Origin: Octopus vulgaris
Lineage: Eukaryota
Direction: 5' to 3'
Assembly: GCA_951406725.2 (NCBI GenBank)
Contig: OX597830.1
Span: 26,908,001-26,972,000, forward strand
Length of the DNA stretch: 64,000 nt
Both the position numbers and the translations under genes were made by a program. The notes beneath the pieces were generated by a model that was not told the origin of the DNA, searched no databases, and was given only the letters and a program-made list of their open reading frames with translations. Below, piece by piece: positions 29,550 through 42,785 of this stretch (its first letter is position 1; each line of letters opens with the position of its first letter).

Positions 29550-31225
29550 CACTACTGTCAGAAATTAATTAGCACCCTTGATTTGCTCTTCACTCAAGGT
29601 ATTTGCTGTCACCTAGTGGCCATATCTCGAACTATTGCTTTGTTGCGAGTTCACTGTTGCGCAGAACGATGGCGTAACTTTGTTTGCAGAGCGGTTTGAG
29701 AGTCTACAGCCTAATGATGTTGACATAGCAGTGCAACAACAACTTGGAGTGCGGATGCAGATAAATCTTCCTTTGTTTAATAGATATAGGTAGCGCCTCG
29801 CAAGGACCGAAATCACACCATACTAAGTTTTCTCATCGCGTAAGACGTTTTGAACAGCTTGTAGGTTAATTGATTTGTGTATTTGCAAGATTTTCTTTCC
29901 TCACAAATTCTCCTACACTCTGCTTTGTGACGTCACTTCCGGTTCACAAAACTTTCTGTTATACATCAAATAAGGTGAGAAATTTTGCTTTCTTTCTTTT
30001 TTTGTTTAATGAATAATAACTCATAGCAGTTTTGTTATAGCATAACATTATTCAAAAGAAAAGTTTTAATGAAAATAACTGGTTTTTATCGTTCATTCCT
30101 AGATGGGCCCAAGACCTCGCATGACCTTGGAGAGACGGTACGAGGCTCTCTCGTGGCGTGGGAAGCTGTCGGAGGTTGCAATAGCCAGAAAACTTGGTGT
30201 AGCCAGGCGCACAATTCAGTGCTTATTTAAGAAATACGAGGAAACCGGATCAGCAGCTGACAAAAAGGGTAGGGGACGGAAGAGGCTGACGAACCAGCGG
30301 GAGGACCGGATCATGATCCGAATGTCACTGTACAACCGAAGGGCAACGACCCGGCAACTGGCGGAGGAGATGCAAAAGATGACAGGGAAGCAGTTGTCTA
30401 CAACCACCGTCAAGACCAGATTACTGGAAGCTGGTCTAAAATCCTGTAGGGCCGCCCAAAACCGGAAGAGGCAGCTGCTCTGGGCCCGTGCCCACAAGAC
30501 ATGAACCGTGCAGCAATGGCGGACAGTGATGTTCACTGAAGAGTCGCGATTCAGTCTCGTCAGTGACAAGCCTGTCCATGTGCGACGCCGCAGGGGTGAG
30601 CGCTTCAACAAAGACTGCATTGCTCCCACCATGAAGCATGGTGGGGGTGGTCTGATGGTGTGAGGGGCGTTCAGCTACAGTGGTGTTGGGCGGCTCTATG
30701 CCGTCGAAGGCAACATCAACGCAGCAAAGTACGTTGAGATAGTACGGGATACCTCTTTGCTCCAGCAGGACAACGCGCCTTCCCACACAGCCAAGCTCAC
30801 AACCGGTTTCTTCAAGGACCATGAGGTGACGGTCATGGACTGGCCTGGCCAGTCACCTGACCTGAACCCTATTGAGAACCTCTGGAGTCGATTGGGTAGG
30901 GATTTGAATGTGCAGCAATACAGGAACCGACACGAGCTGTTTGGGGCACTTCTTGCTGCATGGGGGGGGGCATCCATGCACAGTACCTGCAGGCACTCAT
31001 AGACAGCATGCCGACCCGCGTAGCAGCTGTCATTGCTGCCAAAGGAGGGGCAACAAGATATTGACTAAATTTCTCGATTAATAACAATTATGTGGTGTGC
31101 TGGGATATGTTTTAATAAATTTTTGATTAAAAACGAGTTCGTTTCTGATAATAAGTTAATTAAATTAAGAAAATGTAAGAAAATGTAGAAATTTGAGAAG
31201 TGCTAATTAATTTCCGACGCAAGTG
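29550..31225 (+). mobile_element. Tc1-family DNA transposon, near full-length
   Basis: Imperfect TIRs CACTACTGTCAGAAATTAATTAGCAC / GTGCTAATTAATTTCCGACGCAAGTG with TA on both sides. Confidence 0.9.
30103..31064 (+). pseudogene. Tc1 DD34E transposase pseudogene
   Basis: HTH region with GRGRKR, FTEESRF (catalytic D changed to E), KHGGG, QQDNAPSH-34aa-E in SPDLNPIENLW, GGATRY; two TGA stops at Trp positions and a frameshift in the G run near 30965. Confidence 0.92.
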
Positions 31226-32239
31226 TATGTACATATAAAGGAATACGCATGTGTGTTTACGTGTGTATGTGTGTGCATATGTGCGTATGCGTGTGTATGT
31301 GTGTGCGCGTGTATGTGTGTGCGTGTGTGCGCGTGCGTGTTCGTCCAAGCGTATGTTTGTGTGTGTGTGTGTGTGAGAGTGTGTGTTTGTGTGTCTGTGT
31401 GTGTGCAGATGGGCGCGTACGTGCCCATGTACAGACGCGCATACTCGCATCAATATATACATGCATGCAAGGCCATATGAGCGCGTCTACACACCCACAT
31501 ATATAACTATATACTTTCACATGCCGCACCTTCTCACTTCCCTTCGAACAACCTGACCGACTTCTAATCGCCATGTGGTCAATTTCCTGTTCACCATGCA
31601 GCATTTTCCAACTAACTGTTATCTATACACCAACATCAATGCACGACACCGCGTGACCTTACTCAACCAATCGCAGCCCACCTTACGCTAATAACATTCA
31701 ACTTTTGCCATTCAAATTCAAAATGACTGATGACTTACATCGTGCATGAAACTCAAGAGTACCAACGAATTTGAATCAAAATGTTTTGATCCATACATGT
31801 AACACACAATAAAGTGGTTGAGCGCCTTTCTTTTATTCACCCACTCGTATATATATATACGTATATACGTACGTGTGTGCGTACGTAGTAGTACGTATGT
31901 ATGTACGCATTAATGTATGTATGTATGTATGTATGTATGTATGTATGTATGTATGTATGTATGTATGTATGTATGTATGCATGTATGTACGAATACTAAA
32001 CAAGGGCCGTGTGTAAGTGCTCGGGATAGTGGTAGGCGTTAATAAAACAAATTGTGAACAAAAGATTTTTCATCATTGAGAGGCTATCAATAATTAAAAA
32101 ATATTGAAAAATAAATTGAAAACTATTTATGAAGCACTTACATGTATACTCACTCTGTTTCACATACATACATACATACATACATACATACATACATACA
32201 TACATACATACATACATACATACATAAATACATACATAT

Positions 32240-33170
32240 ATGAGATGAAAAAGGCCCAGACCTAGTTAAAACATTCTCAAAGGATGTAGAGTTGGAGTTT
32301 GGTCAGGATGAATGTTGTTATAAGGTTGTTAAAAGGGGTAAACTATAAACCAGATTAGTGACATCTCGATCAATGATTTGGCTATCTCCCCTGTACCTGA
32401 TAAGGAATGTTACAGGTATCTAGGGTTGGATGAAAATATATCTTGCAATGGGCACCTGTAACAAAACACGTATCACTAAAGAATATTCTTTTCTACTCTA
32501 GGCACAAGGCCCGAAATTTTGGGGGAGGAGGGGGCCAGTCGATTAGATCAACCCCAGTACGCAACTGGTATTTAATTTATCGATCACGAAAAGAATGAAA
32601 GGCAAAATCGACCACGGCGGAATTTGAACCCAGAGCGTAAAGACAGACAAAATACCATTAAGCATTTCACCAAGCATCGACTTGTATCACTAAAGAATAT
32701 TATAGCCGAATAAAGAAAATTTGGACCTCAGACTCTCTGCATTCAATAAACAAGTGGCCCACCATGTGTTTGCAGTGCTAGTACTCATACCAACATTTGG
32801 GCTGCTTGATTGGACGCTTGATAAGATCCGAGCCATTGATGTGAAAACCTGAAAAATACTAACAAGCACTCATAATTTCCACATAAACAGTGACGTAGAC
32901 CGCCTCTACCTAAAACGAAAACAAGGCGGCAGAGGCTTAACATCGATCCAAAATGCCTTTGAAACTCGCATCATATCTCTTCGGCAACATCTTTTAACCG
33001 CCAAGTGTCGAAGTGCTTTCTTTGACCAAGTTTGCACACATGAGGCTGATAACATCATAAAACTTGAAAGGCAGCTCCTTGAGCAACACTCTTTGATAAC
33101 CTAGAATACATGCCCAAAGAAGTCGCACCGACTCTACCGCAACATGTCATCAGATGAAAGGATGAGCCTT
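32240..33170 (+). mobile_element. R4/Dong-like LINE RT fragment interrupted by SINE B
   Basis: FSKDVELEFGQDEC, YRYLG, FGLLDWT, SDVDRLYLKRKQGGRGL. Confidence 0.85.
32488..32683 (-). mobile_element. SINE family B with 18-bp TSD
   Basis: GTATCACTAAAGAATATT at 32470-32487 and 32684-32701. Confidence 0.85.
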
Positions 33171-33179
33171 TATGAACAG

Positions 33180-33297
33180 AAGACTATTCCGGAAGTAATT
33201 TTACATTGGTATATAGAATTCTTAATCTTAGAATTATTAGACATAAATTTAATTCTGTTGGGGTTGTACTCAGAGACCAAAACTATGTTGTTATTAC

Positions 33298-33378
<81 letters not shown>

Positions 33379-35060
33379 GGAAAGGGCTGGTATTAACAAA
33401 ATTAATGCTGGAACTCTCAGAAAATGAACTTTTATTTAGCGGACTGTTATTATGAGAAGATATAATTTGTGAAAGATTCTTTGCGTTGGAGAAGTCAACT
33501 CTAACTATATGAGAATTAACAATTGAATAATATCTAGAATTTTTGGGAAAGTTCTTACCAACCACTTCACGGAACTGCAAAGGAAGATTAGATTTAATTT
33601 GCCTTCCATACGGAATAACAAACCAAATAGTTTTCCTAGTAACAGTCAAATTGTAAGTGGTACTATCTATAAATATCAGTGAAATACCTCTAGAGTGAAA
33701 AAATGGGCTTAAATAACAGTTGGCTCCCTTACTCTGTAAAGGAATTTTATCATGTTTTGTGTTGTTGTCAATATTAGAATTAAAATCACTCTTCTTATTA
33801 CAACTAGATTTCTTGTCTCGAATAGTAGATGAAGAATGAGATTGAGCAGAATCAATATATGTAACTTTTTCTTTATACCCTGCTTTAATTAAGGCTGAGT
33901 TATATAATTCTGCCTTCTCGTTAAAAATGTCAACATTGGCGGATAGTTTAGACAATCTAACTGAAATGTTTTTAACTAAATTCTTAGTAATTGCCCTAGC
34001 GTGATTACAGGATGGACTAATATGCTTGAGATTGGTGGAAGGTTTGTGGTATGGGAAGGATGAGTTATTATGCAAATTAAGAGTAATATCTAAAAAGTTA
34101 GCTTTAATTATCTCATTGTCAAAAACAATGTGTAAACCCATTCTACGAAAAAACCTAACTAACCTATTCTTAACCTTCTGTATTTTTTGATTGGAAACGT
34201 TTTGGAGGTAACTCAAACAATCATCACGATATAGACCACCACAGATGTCTAGGAACTGGTCAGCCATTTCATGAAGTATATATATATTTCTTTACTACCC
34301 ACAAGGGGCTAAACATAAAGGGGACAAACAAGGACAGACAAAGGGATTAAGTCGATTACATCGACCCAGTGCGAAACTGGTACTTTATTTATCGACCCTG
34401 AGAGGATGAAAGGTAAAGTCGACCTCGGCGGAATTTGAACTCAGAACGTAACGACAGACGAAATACCGCTAAGCATTTCGCCCGGCGCGCTAACGTTTCT
34501 GCGAGCTCGCCGCTGTATATATACTTCATGAAGTATATATATACTGACTAAATATATATGCTGACTGTATATATACTTCATGAAGTATATATATGCTGAC
34601 TAAATCCGCAATTTGAGCAGAATCCGAACTTCCCATTGGGACATCGAACGCGTTCGGAGTATCCTTCCGGACCCACAACTTGTTATGAAACTTAATAATA
34701 GATATTCTGGCAGCAAGCGCCACATTAATTTCCTCTCTAGAGAGACCTGCTTTATTGTGTGCATGCGAGATTACCTTATTGAGTATAATAGGGTTTATTG
34801 ATGAATAAAAGCTAGATATATCAAACTGAATAAATTTAGTGTTAACCTTATTAGTAATAGAAGTAAACCAATCTACAACCTGAAAAGAATTAGAGCATAA
34901 GCTAAATTTTAATTTATTGATTAAAGTAGGGGTATACTTATCTAAGATGTATTTACTAAGTATACCGATGTCTGAGCTGGAAGGACAGATAAGCCGAAAC
35001 ATATGTCGAAAGTAAAAGAATTTGAGTAACACCTGCGTTCAACTCCATTTATTTACTTAT
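33180..35060 (-). mobile_element. Penelope-like element RT region, split by SINE B (34287-34514), with inverted terminal piece at 34996-35060
   Basis: RLICP, FIQFDISSFYSSI, VPMGSSDSAQIADLV, GLYRDDCL, NFLDITLNL, PYHKP, IWFVIPY, poly-Asn, SIYQC. Confidence 0.9.
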
Positions 35061-35069
35061 ATATATATA

Positions 35070-36230
35070 CTAGCATTAAAGACCCGTCGTTGGCGGGTCA
35101 TAGTGCTAGTGCATGTATATATGTGTATATATATATGTGTCCATATTACATGTACATCTATATATATACATCTACACATAAAATACAAAATACAAAGTTA
35201 TATCTTGATATCGCTAGTGATAACAATACTCAAAATATATAACAGACTGGAATTGTTAGCCCGTCTCTTGTAAGTTCGATCAATTGTATCTTGTCCTCCC
35301 TCTTGTATAGAAGTGTGGCTACAATCCAGCCTACCTCTACTTCGGGAGGGGGGGGGGCATTTCTAATTTTTTTCCGGCACGTCCTACGTCCCAGATATAA
35401 AGGTAAAAATAAAATATTTCCACTTTGCAAGTTCGAGTCGAATACTCCATTGCACGCTCCGTTGACTCGAACTTTGCTTCTATTGTGGCGAATTTACCGC
35501 CTCTGATTAGATACCTTTCATAGTCGCACCAAGACACTTTTCGAAGGTGCTTTCCTCCATGTGTTCAAATATTCTTTTTTCTCTACATTGTGTACTTTAT
35601 AGACAATAGTCTTTTCTTTAATTTAATTTTTTATTATCCATCTGGACTATTCCATTTCTGCACGCTAATTTTATTTTTAATTTATTCCCATTCATGTGAA
35701 ACCACTTATTCAAGTTGAATCATTGATGCAATTTTATACCAATTGCTATTTTTACTTTTGTTATGTTTCGATTATATTATACTTTAGTTTGATTTTAATT
35801 ATTACTTACTACATATAATTCAATTGTTATTATTATTTTTATTGTTAATGTGAAAGTATCTGACATGAAATAGAGAAACGTTTTTGTTTCACTTTTAACA
35901 CGTAATACTGAAATAGTGAAGAAGATATGATATTGCTATGGGCTCGCTCTAGGCAAAAAGTTGAACATGTAAGGCATGTGTAAAATTTGAATGGAATTGG
36001 TTGTGTAGTTCTCAAGTTTTAGGGAATCGTAGTGGAGAAGATATGATATTGTTGTGGCCTCGCCCTAGGCAAAAAGTTCAAAATTTTTTTGCCGATGACA
36101 CTCCCCAGACCCTAAGTAAGGCATGTGTAAAATTTGAATGAAATTGGTTGTGTAGTCCTCAAGTTTTAGGGAAACACACAGACAGACAGACACACAGACA
36201 CACATTCTCAGTTTTATATATATATAAAGA
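35070..36230 (-). mobile_element. Non-autonomous Helitron
   Basis: Minus-strand 5' TC(T)TATATATAAAACTGAGAATG at 36230; hairpin GACCCG..CGGGTC near terminal CTAG at 35070. Confidence 0.75.
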
Positions 36231-36232
36231 TA

Positions 36233-37421
36233 CTAGCAATATAACCCGGCCTTGCCTGGGATTAAGTTACGATTATTAAGCTAACCAAGTTCTTTATTTC
36301 AAACCAAACTAAGTAATATCGACGTCAAATTTGGGCAAAATCCGTTGAAATTGGTTATATTATATATATATAATATAATATAATATAATATAAATATATA
36401 TGGGTAACAGATACGATCACACATGTACGTACGTACACCTATTGCGTGTTTTGTGCATGTTCATAAACAGAAATGAATGGGAAAATGTTGTTAAATTTGT
36501 AGATTAACACTCGCACGATTTTCACTAAGAAAAATAATCGTTTTTTTTTTGCGTGGAATCAATTATTCTGGCCTCCTAATATGCTACAAAACCCTTTTGT
36601 GGTCCGTGAAACGGAGTGGAGTGGGTATGGTGGAAGCCTCGGAAATTGTACCCATTTATATTGTGCAATTCACTGACAAATTGCTACTCACCTCTTTGTT
36701 TCTTTGTTGTTAAATAAATGCATTGTCAACAAAACACTTTTTTGCACGGCGTAAAATAAAAACAAAACTCTTTCGCACCCAAAGTAATGTGTGTGAGAGA
36801 GAGGGGGAGAAAGATGAACGATTTGAAATAAATAAATGATTTAAAATAAATATATTGTAATTGTTGTGTGAGAAAATATATATACTAAGATTATAAAATA
36901 TAGTGTCTTTCAAAAACTTCCTGAATTTGAACACTATATCTCGTGTTTAAGAAAAGACAAAACATTTTACATTTTATATTTTATGAACGTCGTCACTTAT
37001 TCTCTCTCTCTCCCTCTCTCACTTTGTCTTTCCCGTGAAACTCTCTGCTTCATTCCACTTTTCTTTATCTTGTTTTGTTTGTTAGACGCCGTCAGAAAGC
37101 TATGGCTGAAAATAGATTTTTAGGAACGTCGTCACTTACTCTCTCCCGCTATGTCACTTTGTCTTTCCCTTGAAATTCTCTGCCTCTCTTCTTCCACTTT
37201 TTTTATCTTGTTTTTTTTTGTTAGACGCCGTCAAAAAGCTATGGCTGAAAATAGATTTTTACCGCTAAAAGTTATGGCTGAAAATAGATTTTTACCGCTA
37301 TCCGCGGGTGCCTCGGGAAAAAATAAGTTGACAAAAACCAGATAGGATGTTGACAAATCTCCTGCTAAAATTTGAGTGACATGCGTGCTAATTTCAGGAT
37401 GTGCAAAAACTACAATCACGT

Positions 37422-37501
<80 letters not shown>

Positions 37502-37522
37502 CTTGCCGTATATATATACAGA
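36233..37522 (-). mobile_element. Second non-autonomous Helitron directly adjacent to the first
   Basis: CTAG at 36233 plus hairpin CCCGGCCTTGCCTGGG; TC start at 37522 next to (CA)n; internal duplication of about 137 bp at 36985-37260. Confidence 0.65.
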
Positions 37523-37874
37523 TATATATAAATATATATGTATTCCCAACCACATGGTTCTTGGTTCAGTACTATTGCGTGACACCTAGGGCAAGTGTCT
37601 TCTGCTATAGACTCGGGCCGACCAAAGACTTGTGAGTATATCTGGTTGACGTAAACCGTAAGAAGCCCATCTTATATATGTATATATATAATTATAGTAT
37701 ATTCTGTTAAGAACATAGTAGAATACAGTATAAGGCTCGCTCGTCCACTTTCATATTTAAACTGTGCTTTCCAGTAGCAGTATTATATGTATTTCCAGGT
37801 TTGCGTTTGGGCATCTGTCGTGTGTGAATAGATAATTGAAAAAATTGGAGTCAACAAGAAGGGTACGGTTGTGC

Positions 37875-39450
37875 TGAAAGAGACCAAAGAGGTCCCGAAA
37901 GAGATCAAAGAGGAGTCCCGAAAGAGATCAAAGAGGAGTCCCGAAAGAGATCAAAGAGGGTCCCGAAAGAGATCAAAGAGTCCCGAAAGAGATCAAAGAG
38001 GAGTCCCGAAAGAGATTAAAGAGGAGTCCCGAAAGAGATCAAAAAGGGTGCCGAAAGTAATCAAAGAGGGGCCTGAAAGAGATCAAAGAGGAGTCCCGAA
38101 AGAGATCAAAGAGGGTCCCGAAAGAGATCAAAGGGTGCCGAAAGAGATCAAAGAGGATTCCCGAAAGAGATTAAAGAGGGTCCCGAAAGAGATCAAAGAG
38201 GGTCCCGAAAGAGATCAAAGAGGAGTCCCGAAAAAGATTAAAGAGGAGTCCCGAAAGATATCAAAGAGGGTCCCGAAAGTGATCGAAGAGGAGTCCCGAA
38301 GGAGATCAAAGAGGAGTCCCGTAAGTGATCAAAGAGGAGTCCCGAAAGAGATCAAAGCGGAGTCCCGAAAGAGATCAAAGAGGAGTCCCGAAAGTAATCA
38401 AAGAGGAGTCCCGAAAGAGATCAAAGAGGAGTACCGAAAGAGATCAAAGAGGGTCCCGAAAGAGATCAAAGAGGGTGCTGAAAGAGATCAAAGAGGAGTC
38501 CCGAAAGAGATCAAAGAGGGTGCCGAAAAAGATCAAACGGGAGTCCCGAAAGAGATCACAGAGGATTGCCGAAAGAGATCAAAGAGGGTCCCGAAAGAGA
38601 TCAAAGAGGGTGCCGAATGAGATCAAAGAGGGTCCCGAAAGAGATCAAAGAGGAGTCCCGAAAGAGATCAAAGAGGAGTCCCGAAAGAGATCAAAGAGGA
38701 GTGCCGAAAGAGATCAAAGAGGGTGCCGAAAGAGATCAAAGAGGAGTCCCGAAAGAGATCAAAGAGGGTGCCGAAAGAGATCAAACGGGAGTACCAAAGA
38801 GATCAAAGAGGGTGCCGAAAGAGATCGTAAGGGAGTCCCGAAAGAGATCAAAGAGGAGTCCCGAAACAGATCAAAGAGGAGTGCCGAAAGAGATCATAGG
38901 CGAGTCCCGAAAGAGTTCACAGAGGAGTCCCGAAAGAGATCAAAGAGGGTGCCGAAAGAGATCAAAGAGGGTACCGAAACAGATCACAGAGGAGTGCCGA
39001 AAGAGATCAAAGCGGGTGTCGAAAGAGATCAAAGAGGAGTCCCGAAAGAGATCAAAGCGGGTGCCGAAAGAGATCATAGGGGGTCCCGAAAGAGATCAAA
39101 GAGGAGTCCCGAAAGAGATCAAAGAGGAGTCCCGAAAGAGATCAAAGAGGAGTCCCGAAAGAGATCAAAGAGGAGTCCCGAAAGAGATCAAAGAGGAGTC
39201 CCGAAAGAGATCAAAGAGGGTGCCGAAAGAGATCAAACGGGAGTCCCGAAAGAGATCAAAGAGGGTGCCGAAATAGATCATAGGGGAGTCCCGAAAGAGA
39301 TCAAAGAGGAGTCCCGAAAGAGATCAAAGAGGAGTCCCGAAAGAGATCAAAGAGGTGTGCCGAAAGAGATCAAAGATTGTGCCGAAAGAGATCAAACGGG
39401 AGTCCCGAAAGAGATCAAAGAGGGTACCGAAAGAGATCAAAGAGGGTGCC
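37875..39450. repeat. Minisatellite of 22/23-bp units CCGAAAGAGATCAAAGAGG(A)GT(C/G), about 70 copies
   Basis: Direct reading. Confidence 0.97.
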
Positions 39451-39660
39451 GCAATTTCGGATTTTGATGCAGGTTATCTTAAGCTTCATCAGCGACTCTT
39501 AAAGCCTAGAGTTAAACACGACTGCCTCTATCAGTCTTACAAGGAAAACCGTTGAAAACGTGCTGATTTTCAAAACGGTAAAAGTGTAAACAATAAATTA
39601 AAAAGTGGGGCTTATTAGCAATTAAAGCATAAAGGCAATATTAATAGAGGTCACAAAAGT

Positions 39661-39699
<39 letters not shown>

Positions 39700-39705
<6 letters not shown>

Positions 39706-39851
39706 CTCTCCTTGTTTTTTCTGTGTCCCTTTTTGTAGAAGAGCGTAGGCTCGAAACGTAAAAGACTTTTTCTATTCCTGAGCGTTATCCTAATACACTT
39801 GTTTGTTTTGTATACCACTTGTCTTCGTCTTTTGTTTTTTTCATAAACTCT

Positions 39852-39922
<71 letters not shown>

Positions 39923-40159
39923 TATATAGCTATATACATATAGATATGGTACATATATAAACAAGGCATGAGAAAGTGCATGTTTGACCGCTAAATCCAC
40001 AAGTTTTTTTATTTTCTCTGTTTATGTCCTCGTGTTCCTTTCTGTTGAAGAGCATAGACTCAAAACGTAAAAGACTTTCTCACCTTCTCGAGCGTTAAAC
40101 TAATACACCTGCTTGTTGTTTATACACTTGTCTTCGTCTTTTGCTTTTCTGTTAATTTC

Positions 40160-40163
<4 letters not shown>
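39700..40163 (+). mobile_element. Two hammerhead-like short repeats separated by (TA)n
   Basis: Match 7363-7520 and 26210-26490. Confidence 0.65.
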
Positions 40164-40244
<81 letters not shown>

Positions 40245-40289
40245 TATATGTATTATGCATGTATGTATGTATGCATGTATGTATATAGC

Positions 40290-40930
40290 AGCGCATCAAA
40301 TCAACACCCAACTAAGACAGATGTATTCTTCAAGACACTGGGAGATGCCTTCTTTGCAGACCCATCAGGGGGACAATGTTCAGCAGAAATGGGACTCTCT
40401 CAGGGACATCATCCATAGAAATGCACAGAGAGACTTTGTTAGTAGAAGGAAAATGACGAAAGTTCTTCATCCAGATCGTTTAGTCAGTCTCTCCAGAAAG
40501 AAAACTCCGATGTAACATGTGCAATTTTGTTTGCATCCAATGATTTAGACAACTCTTTAGGTTTAGGTAATTGCATACGTTATTTAGAGAGCTAGATCGA
40601 CCTTGTACGAGGCCTTTCCTTATTACAAAATGTTTCAGGTGCACGAATCGCTTGATTATTTAATATCTCTTTTAACTTCCCCATTATGAGTTGCATCATA
40701 TGACTGGCTATAACCGAAAAAGAAAAAATACTCAACGAAAAATTCCATGATGGAATGAATGCATGCGTCAATGGTTGATATGTTATCTGAACAGCTGCTT
40801 CAAGAGGCATCCATCATTGCCACATCTATGCAAAAAATGAAGATCTCGAAGGGTAGTGGAAAGCCATCACCATTCTGTTTATGCTTAAGCAATGGCATTG
40901 ATCAAAATTAAGTTGCAGTCATCAAGTATG
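40290..40930 (+). mobile_element. Probable RTE-clade LINE remnant
   Basis: QKWDSLRDIIH and KFHDGMNACVNG resemble RTE ORF segments; highly decayed. Confidence 0.45.
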
Positions 40931-41057
40931 TACACACGTACATTCCCGATGACTGTTTCTTTCTTTGTATGCATGTATGTATATTACACACACACACACA
41001 CATACACACACACACACAGATACACACACACACACACGCACACACACACACAGACAC

Positions 41058-41263
41058 TCGTAGCAGTAACCCCTAGTATCGCTGGGGTTTATATTATAAA
41101 AAAGGATTAGAAACGGTTACAAAACCTGAGGCCATATCCTTAAAGTGATTTGTCCTTACGCATATTTGATGTACCAAGGTCTAAAACTGTAGCCTACAAT
41201 TTCAAGCATCGATACATACATACATAATACATACATACATACATACATACATACATACATACA

Positions 41264-41297
<34 letters not shown>

Positions 41298-42780
41298 CAT
41301 ACGTGCAACAGAAGTGCATTATTTCTTGCCAATAAGAACATAATTATCCAGATTCTTTGATTATTTTCTTTCTTCTATTTGGAAAGAGACATCTTTTCCG
41401 AAATTTTAAGACCATTAAACATCCTGCGTGAGTAAGAGAATATCTTTCCTCGTTGTTTTTCTTTATTGACATCAACTTATATTGTTTGTCTAAATTATCC
41501 CCAAAAATTTTAGAAAAATTTTTTGAAAAATTTTCCCCAAAACTTTTTGAAGAATTTTTGAAAGTTTTCCCCCCAATTTTTAAAAAAATTTTGAAAATTT
41601 TTGGGGAAAAGTTTCAAAAAACTTTTGAAAAATTTTTCTAAAATTTTGGGGAAAATTTTCAAAAAACTTCTGAAAAATTTTTGGGGATAATTTTCAAAAG
41701 ATTTTCAAAAAGTTTTTCCAAAATTTTGATGAAAAGTTTCGAAAAACTTTTTCAAAAATTTTTGGGGAAAATTCTCAAGAAATTTTTCAAAAATTTTGAG
41801 GTAAATTTTCCAAAAATTTTTCCAAAATTTTTGGGGAAAATTTTCAAAAAATTTTTCAAAAATTTGTGGGGAAAATTTTATAAAAGACAATCAAAAATTT
41901 TTTCAAAAATTTTGGGGAAAATTTTCAAAAAATTTTTCAAAATTTTTGGGGAAAATTTTTGGGAAAATTTTCAAAAAATCTTTCAAAAATTGGAATTGTA
42001 GGCCCGTCTGTTGCAATTTCAATCAATTGGATCTTGTCCTCCTTCTTGTATAGAAGTGTACGGGTGCAGCGAAATTCATTTTTGGACTTTCTTCTATCGA
42101 TGGCATTTTATGAAAAATGCTTCCGTAAAGACGGTGAAAATTCAATTTTTAAACAATAACCAAAGCCTCTTCTCCGAAAGGTGGAGGGTTACGGTTTACA
42201 ACTATTTAGCAAATGCAACACAACAGCGCTTCCCTGACGAGGAACCAACAAACGTGATTACAATAGTCAAACAGTAATAATAATAACAACAAACCTTTTT
42301 AATTTATCTCCATTTATGTGAAACCACTTATTCAAGTTAAAGTCATTGATGCAATTTTATACGAATTGCTAATACACACACATACACATAATAAGGGTGA
42401 AATATTGAATATTAATTTGATTAATATGAATTGAAAACCAGTGGTGTAGCATATAAGACCATAGCGGATCTTCTTTTAGCAAAATGGATGACCATTGTTA
42501 ATGGTTCATCCCTGTTATATAATACTTTCACTTTAATAGTGAAAGTGTCTGCATTACAAAAGAGAGATGTTTTTGTTTCACTTTTAACACGTAATACTGA
42601 AATAGTGGAGAAGATATGATATTGCTGTGGGGTCGCCCTAGGGAAAAAGCTTTTGCCGATGACACTCCTCGGATCTTAAGTAAGGCATGTGTAAAATTTG
42701 AATGAAATTGATTGTGTAGTTCTCAAGTTTTAGAGAAACACACAGTCAGACAGACACACATTCTCAGTTTTATATATAGA
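41058..42780 (-). mobile_element. Non-autonomous Helitron related to 35070-36230, carrying an internal satellite
   Basis: Shared blocks (42001-42060 vs 35259-35320; 42318 vs 35696; 42540-42780 vs 35850-36230); hairpin AACCCC..GGGGTT at about 41068. Confidence 0.65.
41495..41995. repeat. Degenerate A/T-tract satellite (TTTTGGGGAAAATTTTCAAAAAATTTTTCAAAA-like units)
   Basis: Direct reading; strand orientation switches near 41590. Confidence 0.88.
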
Positions 42781-42785
42781 GAGAT

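Noticed and set aside
37875-39450. CRISPR-like array or SR-rich protein gene
   Set aside because: No unique spacers, eukaryotic context, and mixed 22/23-bp units do not preserve frame.
39452-39497. Minus-strand CTGATGA...GAAA beside the minisatellite
   Set aside because: No convincing stem II, stem III or cleavage triplet.
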